This document shows positions 51,731 to 64,000 of a stretch of 64,000 bases of DNA, piece by piece (position 1 is the first letter of the stretch; every line of letters starts with the position of its first letter). The stretch is from Octopus vulgaris (taxonomy: Eukaryota): contig OX597828.1 of assembly GCA_951406725.2 (NCBI GenBank), positions 40,734,001-40,798,000 of the forward strand, read 5' to 3'. The notes below the pieces were generated by a model. It ran no database searches, had not been told where the DNA came from, and was given only the letters and a program-made list of their open reading frames with translations. Made by a program: the position numbers and the translations under genes.

Positions 51731-52799
51731 AGCTTACTTCATCCCATTGCTATTGCCACCCTAGACGCCCTAGTAGTCTTGCTTTGTCATCACAGCCAGT
51801 AGTTTTGTACATTAAGAACACGCATCACAGATCCTATTAGCTGATACCGGAGTTAAGAAAGAGATATCCTTTCGCAGAGAAGTGAGGTGGGAAAGAAAGG
51901 AGCAGCCGGTAGAGATGGCAGTAGTTGAGACATGATGGCGGTGGCGGTGGTGGTGGTGGTGGTGATCGAGACAGCTCACTGATGGTCATGTTTCCTTTGG
52001 CTTAGAATATCCCCAGAGTTACTACAGTAACAGAATCAAAAGTTTCCAAGCGAGGATATTTATTTGCTCTGTGTGCGTGCATGCGTAAGTGCATGCATAC
52101 ATGTATGTATGTGTGTTCATGTTTGTGTTTAACTGTATACATGTGCTTCTGTGTGTGTGTCTGTGTGTGAGTGTTTGTGAACATGTATCATTTAACCTCG
52201 TTTATAGTAAATCTCTCATTACCATAGTTAATCACCCACAATTCTGACATCCACCATCAGCAATAACATCATCATCATCATCATCACTACCACAATAAAT
52301 TTATGAAGAAAAGCAAAAGTAAAAAAAAAAGGAAGAGGAAGAAAAAGGATGTAAAGAAAGGAAAGGGAAGGAACAGAGAATCGGATCACAACCTTGAAAC
52401 TTAAATCTAGGTATCAATAATACCTACCAGGTACTCCACCCAACACCCCACTGCACATACACCCACACACACACCAACCATCACAACCACTCAACCACTG
52501 CTGATACCACCTCTGCCACTGTCATCATTTTAGAAACAAGCTTTTCTTCCTTCTGCATATAAATAACAATGACGAAATTCTCCCATTCCATCTGGCAGGC
52601 CATAAATTGTGTATGCGTGCATGCACATGTATGTGTGTGTGTGTGTACGTGCATATGTGCTGGGAATACTGTTTCTACTCGGAGTTTCAGAGAGTGACAT
52701 TTTTTTATGTAACTGATTTTTGATAACAGAATAACGCGAGTCAGTCAGAGAAAAGAAAGTTTATAAAGAAAAATAACACACACACACACACACACATAT

Positions 52800-53070
52800 A
52801 AAATGAATGAATAGGACAAGATGTATGTGTATATATTTATACACACACACATACATAAAATGAATGATTGGGACAAAATGTATGTGTATATATTTATACA
52901 CACACACATACATAAAATGAATGATTGGGACAAAGTGTATGTGTATATATTTATACACACACACATACATAAAATGAATGATTGGGACAAAATGTATGTG
53001 TATATATTTATACACACACACATACATAAAATGAATGATTGGGACAAAATGTATGTGTATATATTTATAC

Positions 53071-53155
<85 letters not shown>

Positions 53156-53200
53156 ATGAATCGGGCAAAATGTGTATATATATTTACACACACACATATA
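52800..53200. repeat. 57-bp minisatellite, five near-identical units plus one degenerate unit after a (TA)n expansion
   Basis: aaaatgaatgattgggacaaaatgtatgtgtatatatttatacacacacacatacat at 52800, 52857, 52914, 52971 and 53028, with a variant at ~53148. Confidence 0.95.
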
Positions 53201-53208
53201 TATGCACA

Positions 53209-53253
<45 letters not shown>

Positions 53254-53657
53254 CACACTCACGGGCACACTTGTACTTCCCACCACAAAAATTTAACATT
53301 TACTTTTTTTGTTAACTTAAGATGTAACCCCTACTTCCTGACAATTTTTTCAGCATATCAATTTGTCTAAGCTTTTGGTTTGAGTGTATGTTCACATGTA
53401 TCTATGTGCATGTGTGTGTGTGTGTGTGTGTGTATGTGTGTGTGTGTGCCCGTGTGTCAGTTTGACTCAGCGCTAGGCTGAGGCTTAAACAACAAACCTA
53501 TCTTGTCAAGCATCTACAAGAGTGACTCTACTCTAGATGCCAGAAAAGATAGATTCATTCTACAAGCATAAGTCCATGAAGCTGAATGAAACTGTTATCA
53601 AATCATATAACTCCTACCAAATGTGTTGAGTGCCACTGTCTTTTGTCTGTCTACTTG

Positions 53658-53708
<51 letters not shown>

Positions 53709-53987
53709 TTGTGTGTGTGTATCATTGCTATTATGCAAAAGTGTCGTAAGTCCAAAACAATGCTTTTCCAGAAAACGAAAAAATAGTTTCACTATTCCGT
53801 TGCAAAACTGTTGTTCAACGCTGACAGTTTTTGATATCTTGGTATCTGGAGCAGCTGGAGATACCACAGTTTGACCAAAAGAACCAACTATTGCAAGCAA
53901 AAATAAATATTGAAAACAATGCATTTGGCCAAATTTGGACAGTTTAACATAACAACAATGATCTGTGTACATACAGCCACACACCTG

Positions 53988-54021
<34 letters not shown>

Positions 54022-54735
54022 AGGATAAGATGAAGGCAGAGCATTTCATATGCAGAGCCAGAAATCCGGGATCTGGAATTATCCAGTAATTTTTTTTGCC
54101 ATTTTATTTTGTCTCTTTGTCTTCTCTCCTGGTACTGTATGAACATTTAATGTGGTTTTAGAGTCAAGTTTTGTCTGCTATTTCCAGCGTGGTGGTATCT
54201 CTTAGATACCCTAAATTATAATTTTATATATATATTTTTTTTATAAACATACAAACACAAATGAAAGTTTCTGCGTCTTCCAAAGACCATGAATTTGCCC
54301 CTGGAAAGGTCATCATCAGGTCACCAGCCTGGGCAAATCAGTTTACTGGAAATTTGAAGTTGTTGCATGCAAGTTTCCCTTTTGCATGCCACTGATGTTG
54401 GTAAACGGTTATACACCTTGGTAACACTGTGACCACAGGAGTTGCAGGTCGAATGCAAAGAGCTGGAACAGACACAGCAAGGCATTTCAACCAATGTTTT
54501 AACAATTCTGCCAGACTATTGACCCCAAAAGGATGAAAGGTGAAGTTGGCTTTGACAGGATTTGAACTCAAGACTACAGAGAGCCAGTACATGTGTCTGT
54601 GAAATGCTCATCCACTTTTGCACTCAGGTTGAATGCAAAGGGTTTGCAGGCTATCAGATTAGCTGTGGAGGCAGCCGAGGTCACTGCAAGGTGGCTGTGA
54701 ATCAGTATGCATTCATCACATCGAACGCTGTACAA

Positions 54736-55007
54736 CAGTGTTTCTCAAACTATCTGATGTGGCATACCAGCAGATTTTTTTTTCCAATGTGCCAGGGACC
54801 AGTAATATTTCTTAGTAATATTAATTTATACCAGAAACAATATATATATAATGAATATAATAAAAGTTGATACTTTTTTTTTATCTTATATTTATTTAGT
54901 AAACAAATGACACAATATTACATAAGTATTTTATAATGTTTCTTTCTTTTCTGGAAACTCTCCATGTACCAGTACCGGTCAACGGTCCACCATTTTGAGT
55001 AGCACTG
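54736..55007. mobile_element. hAT-type MITE
   Basis: TIRs cagtgtttctcaaa / tttgagtagcactg, with decayed 8-bp flanks ctgtacaa / ttttacag. Confidence 0.7.
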
Positions 55008-55889
55008 TTTTACAGTACTTGGCCAGTATGTTCTACTCTTCACTATTTACTTTAGTATCATTATTGAATGCTTTCATCCCAACGCAATTTCATTTTCTTT
55101 ACAAAACACTTGATAATTTCATTTTCTATTTAAACACTTTTGAGGAGAAAGAAAACACTTTCACCTTTACTTTTGGACAAGGCAAACACTTACACTTTCA
55201 AGGAGCGACAGATAATAACCCAACAAAGAAAATATTCCAGTTTCTAATTATTTACACAACTGAAAACTATTTTGCACTGCAAATTTTATTCTCACTTTAC
55301 AGTCAGGATATCCTACCATGCTAAAAAGTGTTTTACTTAGCAAAGATTAACAAAGAAAAAAAAAAGAAAAGAAAGAAAGAAAGAAAAAGCATTTTCCGAG
55401 ATGAAAAGAGAAAGAATAATTTTTTTGGTACAATTGGTAAATGAACCTAATACCTATCTTTTTTTTTTCTTTTTTTGCAATCTATAATCAGGAAAGGCCA
55501 ACATTTTTGCACCACATGGTTTATTCCTACTTAACATTATCTTTTCTTTTTCACACTTTTTCAAATTTTTACACCAGTTCACGTTTAACCCTTTAGATAT
55601 CGAACTTACTTGAAAGCGCCTTTGATCCTATGATACAAACTTCACATTTTAGAGTGATCTAAATTAAAACCTTCCATCTGAATTTCATGTTAATTTATGT
55701 TCCAAACACCAGCATAGTATTGTCAAAGCTATTCTAACCCTTTAGTATTTAAACCGGCCATATTTCATAACTTCAAGATTTCAATAGTGTGATTGTTTAT
55801 TTGTAGAATGACAAAGTAGGGCCAATGGATGAAGCCAAATCTGGTCAGTATGAACACAGTACAGATGGAATATTTGGGTCAGATACAAC

Positions 55890-56603
55890 CTGAGGGTTCA
55901 TTTAAGATTTTGGGGGTCCAAACAACAAAATACTAAAATGGGGATACAGAATAGTATTTTAAGAGCACCTAAAAAAAAAAATTTTTCTTTAGATCTATGT
56001 ATTAGTATGTATTGCAAAAAACAGGTTTCTTTCTCTAACATAGTTCAACCTACACAATCAAATCATCATCATCATTGTTTAATGACCATTTTCCATGCTG
56101 GCATGGGTTAGACAGATTGACTGGGGACTGGAAAGTCAGGAGGCCACACCAGGCTCCAATCTGATCTGGCAATGTTTCTACAGCTGGATGCCCTTCTTAA
56201 TGCCAACCACTCCAAGAGTGTAGTGGGTGCAATTTACGTGCCACCGGCAAGGAAGCCAATCAGGTGGCACTGGCATCGGCCATGTTCAGATGGTGCTTTT
56301 TATGTGCTACCAAGATGGGAGCCAGTCGGGGTGGTGGGGCTGGTACTGATTACGTTTGGATGGTGCTTTTTACGTGCCACCAGCACGGGGAGTCAGTCAG
56401 GTGGAACTAGCAACAACCCACGCATGAATGGTACTTATTGCATGCCACCACAATGTGTGAAAAACAAAATAGGAAAACAAATAGAAACAAAAATAGTTTC
56501 TATAAAACTAGTTTTTAAACATCAAATGGTTATGTGGGTCCACTAGAATTAAATAGTAATCAAAGGGGTCCATTGTTAAAAAAAAAATGATTGAGAACCC
56601 CTG
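55890..56603. mobile_element. hAT-type MITE interrupted by a family-D SINE (56062-56450)
   Basis: 3' TIR gattgagaacccctg and repeated ggggtcca subterminal motifs. Confidence 0.5.
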
Positions 56604-57285
56604 CACCAAACACTTCAAGGCAGTGCTCTCAGCATGTCCACAGTCCAAGGACTAACACAAGTGAAAGATAAAAGATATTGAAATAGTGTTATGATGATAT
56701 GTAAGTCTATTGCATAGAATTAAGAGAGAAGAATACTTAAAACATAATTTCCACAAGTCTCAGTAGAATATGATAAATGTCTAAAGTCATACAGCTCTCA
56801 TAAATACGTCATGCAGCATATCTAGTTTGTTGAAGAAAAACTGATAATATTGAAATGATGCTGCTGCCAACAATGATGTAAAATACTGTATTATGTTGGA
56901 AAGGTTTTGGAATATAGAAAGAAGAAATAAACTACAAAGGCTGCTATTGTGGCTGTTGTTCAGCTGGTGTGTGTGTGTGTGTGTGTTGTAGTGGTGATGA
57001 TGAGGAAGCCTGATTGGAAAAGGAAGGCTGACTACATTTAGATAGGTCAACCTGACAATGTTTAAAGTACTAGCCAATTTTGACAGCATCCAGTATCTTT
57101 CAGAGAGATGAAGCAACAAGCCAGAGAAAGAAAAAAATATATATATATATACACACACACACATATTTGTTTACTCTCTTACTTGTTTCAGTCATTTGAC
57201 TGTAGCCATGCTGGAGCACCGCCTTTAGTCGAGCAAACTGACCCCAGGACTTATTCTTTTTTTAAGCCTAGTACTTATTCTATCG

Positions 57286-57365
57286 AGATATATATATACT
57301 TTTATTAAAATGGCAAAATTATCAGAAAACTGTTAGTTTCACATTCTCATTCGTCAGACAGTTGC
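57286..57365 (-). mobile_element. Second copy of the 23.8-kb fold-back family, with hammerhead 5' core
   Basis: Minus strand reads AACUGU-CUGACGA-AUG-AGAA-UGU-GAAAC-(6-nt deletion)-UA-ACAGUU. The flank resembles 23827-23870. Confidence 0.6.
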
Positions 57366-57428
57366 TTGGTTTTATATTTTTTCCACTTTGTTTTGCAATC
57401 ATGTGCTTACTTGTGTGTGGGGGGTGTA

Positions 57429-57451
57429 TGGTAGGTAGGTAGGTAGGTAGG

Positions 57452-57492
<41 letters not shown>

Positions 57493-57648
57493 GGATGGAT
57501 GGATGGATGGATGGATGGATGGATGGATGGATGGATGGATGGATGGATGGATGGATGGACGGACGGACGGACGGACGGACGGACGGACGGACGGACGGAC
57601 GGACGGACGGACAGATAGATAGATAGATAGACAGACATACTGACAGAT
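57429..57648. repeat. Compound tetranucleotide microsatellite
   Basis: (GTAG)n(ATAG)n(ATGG)n(ACGG)n ACAG (ATAG)n(ACAG)n. Confidence 0.95.
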
Positions 57649-57870
57649 AGAGAGGAGGGAAAGATCATCATTGTTTTAATGTCCATTTTTCCAAACTTGC
57701 ATGAGCCTGAAAAAACTTTACATACACACACACTAAATTATATGTGTGTATTGTGTGTGCATAAAGATATGTTTGTGTGTGTGTGTGTGTGTGTGTGCAT
57801 ATGCATGTATGTATGTATCTTTATATACAGGTGCATGTGTAAAGATAAAGATATATAGATAAAAAATGTA

Positions 57871-57907
<37 letters not shown>

Positions 57908-59064
57908 TATGTAGTAAAGGTGTGATAGGAAACAAATGGCAGACTATGTTTTGTATAGTGTAAAGTTCACTGTTCTTTAAGCCCATACACACCCTCATAA
58001 CTGACATCACCTTTTATCATTTGAAGCACCAAGAATATACAGCAGTAATGCACAGCGGCAGCACAGTCCTTCTTTTGCAACTGTTTTGTAACTGGTTAAC
58101 AGGACCAATGTTAAATGCAAATCAGATTTTGTAAAACGTGAAAATAGGCATAAAGTCCAGCCCCTGATTAGAGCAAACCTATAAACAAAATCAAAGGTAT
58201 TCCAGTTGTGGCAAACCCATCTTATTTTCAGGTCTCTAAGATTTTACCATGCAACATGTCCTTCCATTTTTAAGATGGTAATGTGTACCTTGAAGGAGAT
58301 TTGGCTGCTATTTATAACAGGTCAAGCAACTACTTTTTTTTTTTTCCTGGAAATGGTAGATGAGCTTTGTTACTACCTGGGCGATATGATTAATGCTGAA
58401 AGATTAATAATGAAAGTTACTGTTGTTGCCTAGTCAGGGGTTGGTTCAGCAAAGATGTTCTACTTATGATCATTCTGTGTGTGTGTATGTGTGTGTAAAA
58501 TACACAGCCAGTATCTGAGGGGTATGGGTTCAAGTCCCATAGCCTTCTGCTAGAAATTTATTTTCTTTATGCCAGTGGCAAGTAAAAAGCACCCAGCACA
58601 ATCTATTAAGTGGTTGGCGGTAGGAAGGGCATCCAGCAGTAGAAACCATTCCAGAACAGAGTTTGGACAGCTTCATGTCAAACCACCCAACCCATGTCAG
58701 AATGGAAAACAGATGTTAAAGGATGATGATAATGATACACATATAAGCACAAAGGCGCATGGCCAAGTGGTTAGAGTGTCAGACTCACAGTCGCCAGATC
58801 ATGAGTTCAATTCCTGGACTGAGCAGTGTGTTGTGTTCTTGATCAAAACACTTCATTTTACGTTGTTTCAGTTCACTCAGCTGTCGAATGGATAACCCTG
58901 TGATGGACACACTTCCAATCAAGGAAAGTGCTGGCCTGCTCACCTAGCATCAGTCAAAAGCTAAAACAATGCAAAGTGCATTGTGACCAGTGATGTATAA
59001 CAAAACAGATCATCAGATAGACTGATCTGTCATGTGATATATATAAACATATATACACATGCAT

Positions 59065-59134
<70 letters not shown>

Positions 59135-60519
59135 GGTGAATGCGCAATGGCCCAGTAGTTAGGGTAGCGGACTCACAGTTGTAGGATTGTGGTTTCGATT
59201 CCCAGACTGGGCGTTGTGAGTGTTTATTGAGCGAAAACACCTAAAGCTGCACAAGGCTCCAGCACGGGGGGGGGGGGGGGGATCCCTGCTGTACTCTTTT
59301 GCCACAACTTTCTCTCACTCTTTTTTCTGTTAACCTGTTCGTTTACCCAGCGCGGTGGCATCATTTGAAGGCTAAAACAATGTGAAGTGCATTGTGACCA
59401 GCGATGTGTAGCAACATCTGATAGCCTGGTCGGTCATGGTGATCACAGTGATATAGTATTATACTCTACTGTAAACATTATTATGCAGTTGCTTGCTGCA
59501 GGTGTAGTTACTGTTTTGCCATTTAGTCCAAGGTTGAACATGTAGAGCTATAGTTGAAATTGTTCCAGTTATGACCATCTAGTCTTTTTATTTTCTCAGA
59601 CACCTTGGGCAAGTATTTTCTATAGCTTCAGGCCTACTACTAAAGCCTTGTGAGTGGGTGTAGTAGATGGAAACTGAAAGCAACCAGTTGTAAATATATG
59701 TGCATATGAGTGCGTGCGTCTTTTTGTTTTGACACTGTGTGACAGATTGTCAGTCAGAGGAGTGGTGACATCTATTTCCAGTCTTCCACAAAAAACATGT
59801 TCAGTCAAGGGGAAAACATTACCTTACTTGGGAACGGGTGAGGATTGGTGACAGGAAGAGTATCTGGCCATAGAAAATTTGCCTCAATGAATCCTGTGGC
59901 CTGCAAAACTTCCTGAATGTTACACCTACTACAAAATTACCTAGAATTTTCCTAGTAGTATGGCCCACCTGATGATGAGCCATTTGGCCCGCCTCTCAGA
60001 AAAGGTTGCCCATGCCTGATCTAGAACTATATATTAGTCACTTTCTTGCAAGTGAGGCTGTTGTTGCTGGTATCAAGTCAACCATGAACAAGAAAACCAG
60101 TGATCAAAAAGCATTCCATTCGTGAACATCCCATCTTTTGTTTTTCTTTTCCTTATATTTTCAGCTATGTTGCATGTTACATCTCAAACTACATTATCCA
60201 ATGCATATGATCTTTATCTGTTGATGGATGTATTTTGAGGAGTGATTTAACTGCTATTTCTAGTATGTCATGTGACCATGTAGAAGCTGTCCCTAGGTAT
60301 AGAACTGCTAGGTTAAGTGCAGTTACATATGGAATGGAAGAACAACTGTTGGAAACAGACACTGACCAAATGGATAGAGTACTAGCCTGAAAAAACATGG
60401 GTTGTGAGTCCATAACTGTCGAATTTTTAATGCATCAGTGCGGTCAACTATTACCTGGCAAGGGTACATGAAAGATGTGGTGAGATTTCTGGCAGACTTA
60501 CAAAGAACCATATCTGTAG

Positions 60520-60790
60520 ATTTACCAGATGCTAAGGGGTTATATAGGAAAGTTAAAGTGACTCACTTTGAGTAGTACAGTAAGTATGTTATGCTAATTG
60601 GAATAATAATTAATGCTGGAAATGGGCAGCTACAGGAAGTGTAGCTGATTGGATCAATATGGGCTGGAAGAAGAAGAAGAAGAAGCTGTTACCTCTGCTG
60701 TTAACAATTAAAGGTTTCAATCTTTATATGAAGAAAAACTGGAAGAGGTGGGTGCGTTTGTGTGTGTTATGAGCAGAAAAGCCATGTAGT
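60520..60790 (+). pseudogene. Decayed RTE LINE fragment (post-RT region)
   Basis: Remnants IINAG, GWKK and LLPLL..KGF.L. A similar tiny piece, LEMVDELCYYLGDMINAE, lies at 58347-58400. Confidence 0.55.
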
Positions 60791-60899
60791 AACCGGGGTA
60801 TGATTTATTGGGTGCATTGATGTGGGAATGTGGTGTGCATGTATGTGTTGTGTGTGTGTGTGTGTGGTGGGAGGAATAGATCAGTTACGCTAATGTAGC

Positions 60900-61225
60900 C
60901 ATGTGATGAATACTTGCAAGAAAGACAGCTGAACTGATAGTGACATGTGGCGTAGATATGTGCAGGAAAGATGACCGCACTGACATAATGGTCGAGTGGT
61001 TTACATGTATGAAGGAAAGACAGTTGCATTGATACGGATGGATGCTGTACATGTGTGCAGAAGAGACAGCCATACATGCAGTTTACATGTATGTTGGAGA
61101 AACAGCTGCTCTAATTATGGACACATGGTGTGCATGTATGCAGGATACACAGCTACACTGACATAGCCTTGTGCACGTCGAACAGCTGCACTGATAGACA
61201 TGTGGTGCATGAGACAGCTGCAATA
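60900..61225. repeat. Degenerate tandem array (~8 units, 30-55 bp) with core catgt.tgcagga.agacagctgcactga
   Basis: An acagctgcactga-like core recurs with variable spacing. Confidence 0.7.
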
Positions 61226-61324
61226 TTGAGGTGGTGAGAATGAATAAAGAAATACTAGGTAAGAAAGTGCTGTGAACTGACAATATATGGTACTTTTGAG
61301 AAAAGGTTAAACCAAAAGAGAGCG

Positions 61325-61560
61325 GGAAGACAAAATGGCAGAAACGTTAGCATGCCGGGCGAAATGCTAAGCGGTATTTCGTCTGTGTTACGTTGTGAGT
61401 TCAAATTCCGCCAAGGTCGACTTTGCCTTTCATCCTTTCGGGGTCGATAAATTAGGTACCAGTTACGCACTGGGGTCGATGTAATCGACTTAATACCTAT
61501 GTCTGTCCTTGTTTGTCCCCTCTGTGTTTAGCCCCTTGTGGGTAATAAAGAAATAGGTAT
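61325..61560 (+). mobile_element. Family-B Nin/Deu-like tRNA-SINE, young full-length copy
   Basis: A-box-like tggcagaaacg, B box gagttcaaattc, then gcctttcatcctttcggggtcgataaattaggtaccag. CpG-rich. Confidence 0.85.
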
Positions 61561-62603
61561 GGTTAACTTTCTTGATCCCACAAACAAAAACAAGATAATA
61601 ATGTGGTTTTGTATATAGACTCATTCCACTCATATCATCATGGAAAAACCATTACAATGTTAACCTGACTAAACACTCAATTCCACTCAACTATTTTCAC
61701 ACAAAGCAGTAAAAGAAGAGCCACCATGCTTTCATAGCAAAGTTCATTATTCACAGGTGAGTCAAAGGTAGAAAAGGTAAAGTAAATTTACCTTCTCGAG
61801 TCATGCTGACTTACAACAGCCAGTCTCCCAGTATTCTGTACCTGGATGGGATTCAGATCCATCACAGGATTACTCCAGGTGAGTGGACTGGAACAACATG
61901 AAAAACAAAGTGTTTGCTCAAGGACACAACATGTCGCCCTGCCCAGGAATTGAAACCACAATCTTACGATCATGAGTCTAATACCCAAACCACTTAGCCA
62001 TGTGACTTCACAGTCCTCAGAGGAAAAGGAATAGTATACATTATGCTTTTGTAGCACCTCTACAGTTACTGTAAGAAAAGGAGAGAAAGAAATTACGACT
62101 CATCTGTTAAATTGGTTAACCTCTGACTCTGGAATTGGTCCAAATGCTTGTAACACAGTGGACTCAGCTAAAGTCATCCAAGGGCCAAGAGGTGGCGTTA
62201 AACTGGCTGATGGGTTAAGCTTCACCATTCGTCAACAGGTATAGTCCATCAGATGGACTATACCTTGGGCTGACCTGAAGCTATAGCAAAAGACACTCAC
62301 TTAAGGTGCCAAATAGTAGGATCGAACCTAGAAACACATGATTGAGAAGCAAATTTCTTAAGCACACAGCCATGCCTGCTTGTGATATACGAGCATCATA
62401 ACCCGGGGAAGTTTACAACTTGTTGATGTAATGCTGAAGAGATAAGCAAGAATTGCCCAAATAAATTATTATGATTAATGAGAGTATTCATTTCCACAAG
62501 AGAAAACTTTCTCTCTCTCTATCTGTGTATATGTATATATATATATATCTATATATATATCTGTGTGTGTGTATATATATATATATATATCTGTGTGTGT
62601 GTG

Positions 62604-62644
<41 letters not shown>

Positions 62645-62645
<1 letters not shown>

Positions 62646-62797
62646 CACACACGAGTATAGTACTATATATATATATACATACGAGTATAGTACTATATAT
62701 ATATATACATACGAGTATAGTACTATATATATATATACATACGAGTATAGTACTATATATATATATACACACACACGAGTATAGTACAATATATATA
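62645..62797. repeat. 30-bp minisatellite x5
   Basis: acatacgagtatagtactatatatatatat repeated. Confidence 0.95.
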
Positions 62798-63249
62798 TGT
62801 GCACGTACACACACACGCACATATGTAGATTTGTGTGTGTATGTAGCAAGGTGGGATTATAAGAAGTGTGATGCTACAAGATTGGGAAAGCAGAATATGA
62901 AATGCTTGCTGTGTAAATTGATAAGGTGTGAGTGAGTTCAAGGAATTGGTTGGGTGCAATTACATGGCTGGTACGGTGGGGTGGGGTGGGGGGTGGGGGT
63001 CATTTGTATGAAGAATAGATGGATATATTAATATGGCCATGTAAATGTATATGTTGATACTCACTGGATGGAAGTGATGAAAGGTAGCAGTGATATAGAA
63101 ACAGAACAAGGACAAGTAGTAACACGAGTTGAAAATGTAAAGGGCATATAGGACAACATTATCTAATGTGTTGAGTGTGATTTGTGGGAAATTTGCTTGC
63201 TGGTTAGGTTTTTGTAAAATATGTTGAATATATTTGTATATATAGCAGT

Positions 63250-63650
63250 TAGGTGCAGGAGGGAATGTGTGGTAAGTAGCTTGCTTACCAACCACATGGT
63301 TCCGGGTTCAGTCCCACTGCATGGCACCTTGGGCGGGCAAGTGTCTTCTACAATAGCCTTGGGCCGACCAAAGCCTTGTGAGTGGATTTGGTAGACAGAA
63401 ACTGAAAGAAGCCCGTCGTATATATGTATGTGCGAATATATATATATGTATGTTTGTGTGTATGTTTGTCCCCTCAACATCGCTTGACAACCGATGCTGG
63501 TGTGTTTACGTCCCCGTCACCTAGCAGTTCAGCAAAAGAGACTGATAGAATAAGTACTAGGTTTACAAAGAATAAGTCCTGGGGTCGATTTGCTCGACTA
63601 AAAGGCAGTGCTCCAGCATGGCTGCAGTCAAATGACTGAAACAAGTAAGA
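63250..63650 (+). mobile_element. Family-A CORE-type tRNA-SINE, full-length young copy
   Basis: tRNA-like head with gggttcagtccca, then ggcaccttgggc, central (TA/TG)n and tail ...aaatgactgaaacaagtaaga. Confidence 0.88.
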
Positions 63651-63669
63651 GAACAGAAAAGTGAAATGA

Positions 63670-63870
63670 TGTTGTTTAACCCTTGGACAGCTTTAACTGA
63701 GCAGACCTATGTTCAAAGACATTCTGCTCACCACCATTACATGAGGGTTTTTTGATAAGCACACTGTTACTTAGGACTGTCACTTAGGCTTCCTTGCTTT
63801 CTTTTTTAACATGGCAGGGTGCAATTTAGCTGTTGTTTCTAGCAGGTCTAACAATAGTATAGAGTTTTTT
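63670..63870 (+). repeat. Abundant old dispersed repeat family E (~200 bp; >12 copies in the window)
   Basis: gcagacctatg.tcaaag...accat...atttagctg.t.tttctagcagg. Copies include 1530-1690, 4160-4340, 31010-31240, 47410-47625 and 58150-58330, and reversed copies at 8300-8590, 23330-23525 and 39520-39700. Confidence 0.65.
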
Positions 63871-64000
63871 TTTTTTGTGTTGACTAGCTTCTGGATTAAA
63901 TGATAATAGACACATGAAGAGTGTTTTCACTGCAGATATACACAATATATGTTAGAATGGGGATATGTGGGGAAAAATATTAAAATGAATAGAATTAATG

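Noticed and set aside
52670-52752. Minus-strand GAAACUCCGAGUA resembling a hammerhead 3' half
   Set aside because: The upstream core is non-canonical (CUGACUGA) and there is no stem II, so it may be chance.
63255-63320. tRNA-like sequences at SINE heads
   Set aside because: They lack a complete cloverleaf and are continuous with SINE bodies, so they are not tRNA genes.

Overview
This is AT-rich, microsatellite-dense animal genomic DNA, inferred to be Octopus from its tRNA-derived SINE families and repeat style. I recognise one host coding feature: a 151-nt minus-strand exon at 9-159 encoding residues ~15-64 of a MOB kinase activator 3 (MOB3) protein. The ORF track misses it. The upstream ATG exon could not be identified, so most or all of the window is probably a very long 5' intron or upstream region of MOB3. 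The rest is layered transposable-element debris: CORE-type and Nin-type tRNA-SINEs, decayed RTE and CR1-like LINE pieces, mariner, Tigger, hAT and piggyBac-type MITEs, a young non-autonomous Helitron, a Helentron/DINE-like element, and mini- and microsatellites. The most interesting signal is a set of fold-back elements that sit in (TA)n/(CA)n tracts and carry minimal type-I hammerhead ribozyme motifs. Two cores look intact (24926-24991 minus; 20326-20386 plus), and one element retains a Penelope GIY-YIG remnant plus a tRNA-like segment. Nearly all ORFs in the track are spurious. Coordinates of degraded repeats are approximate.
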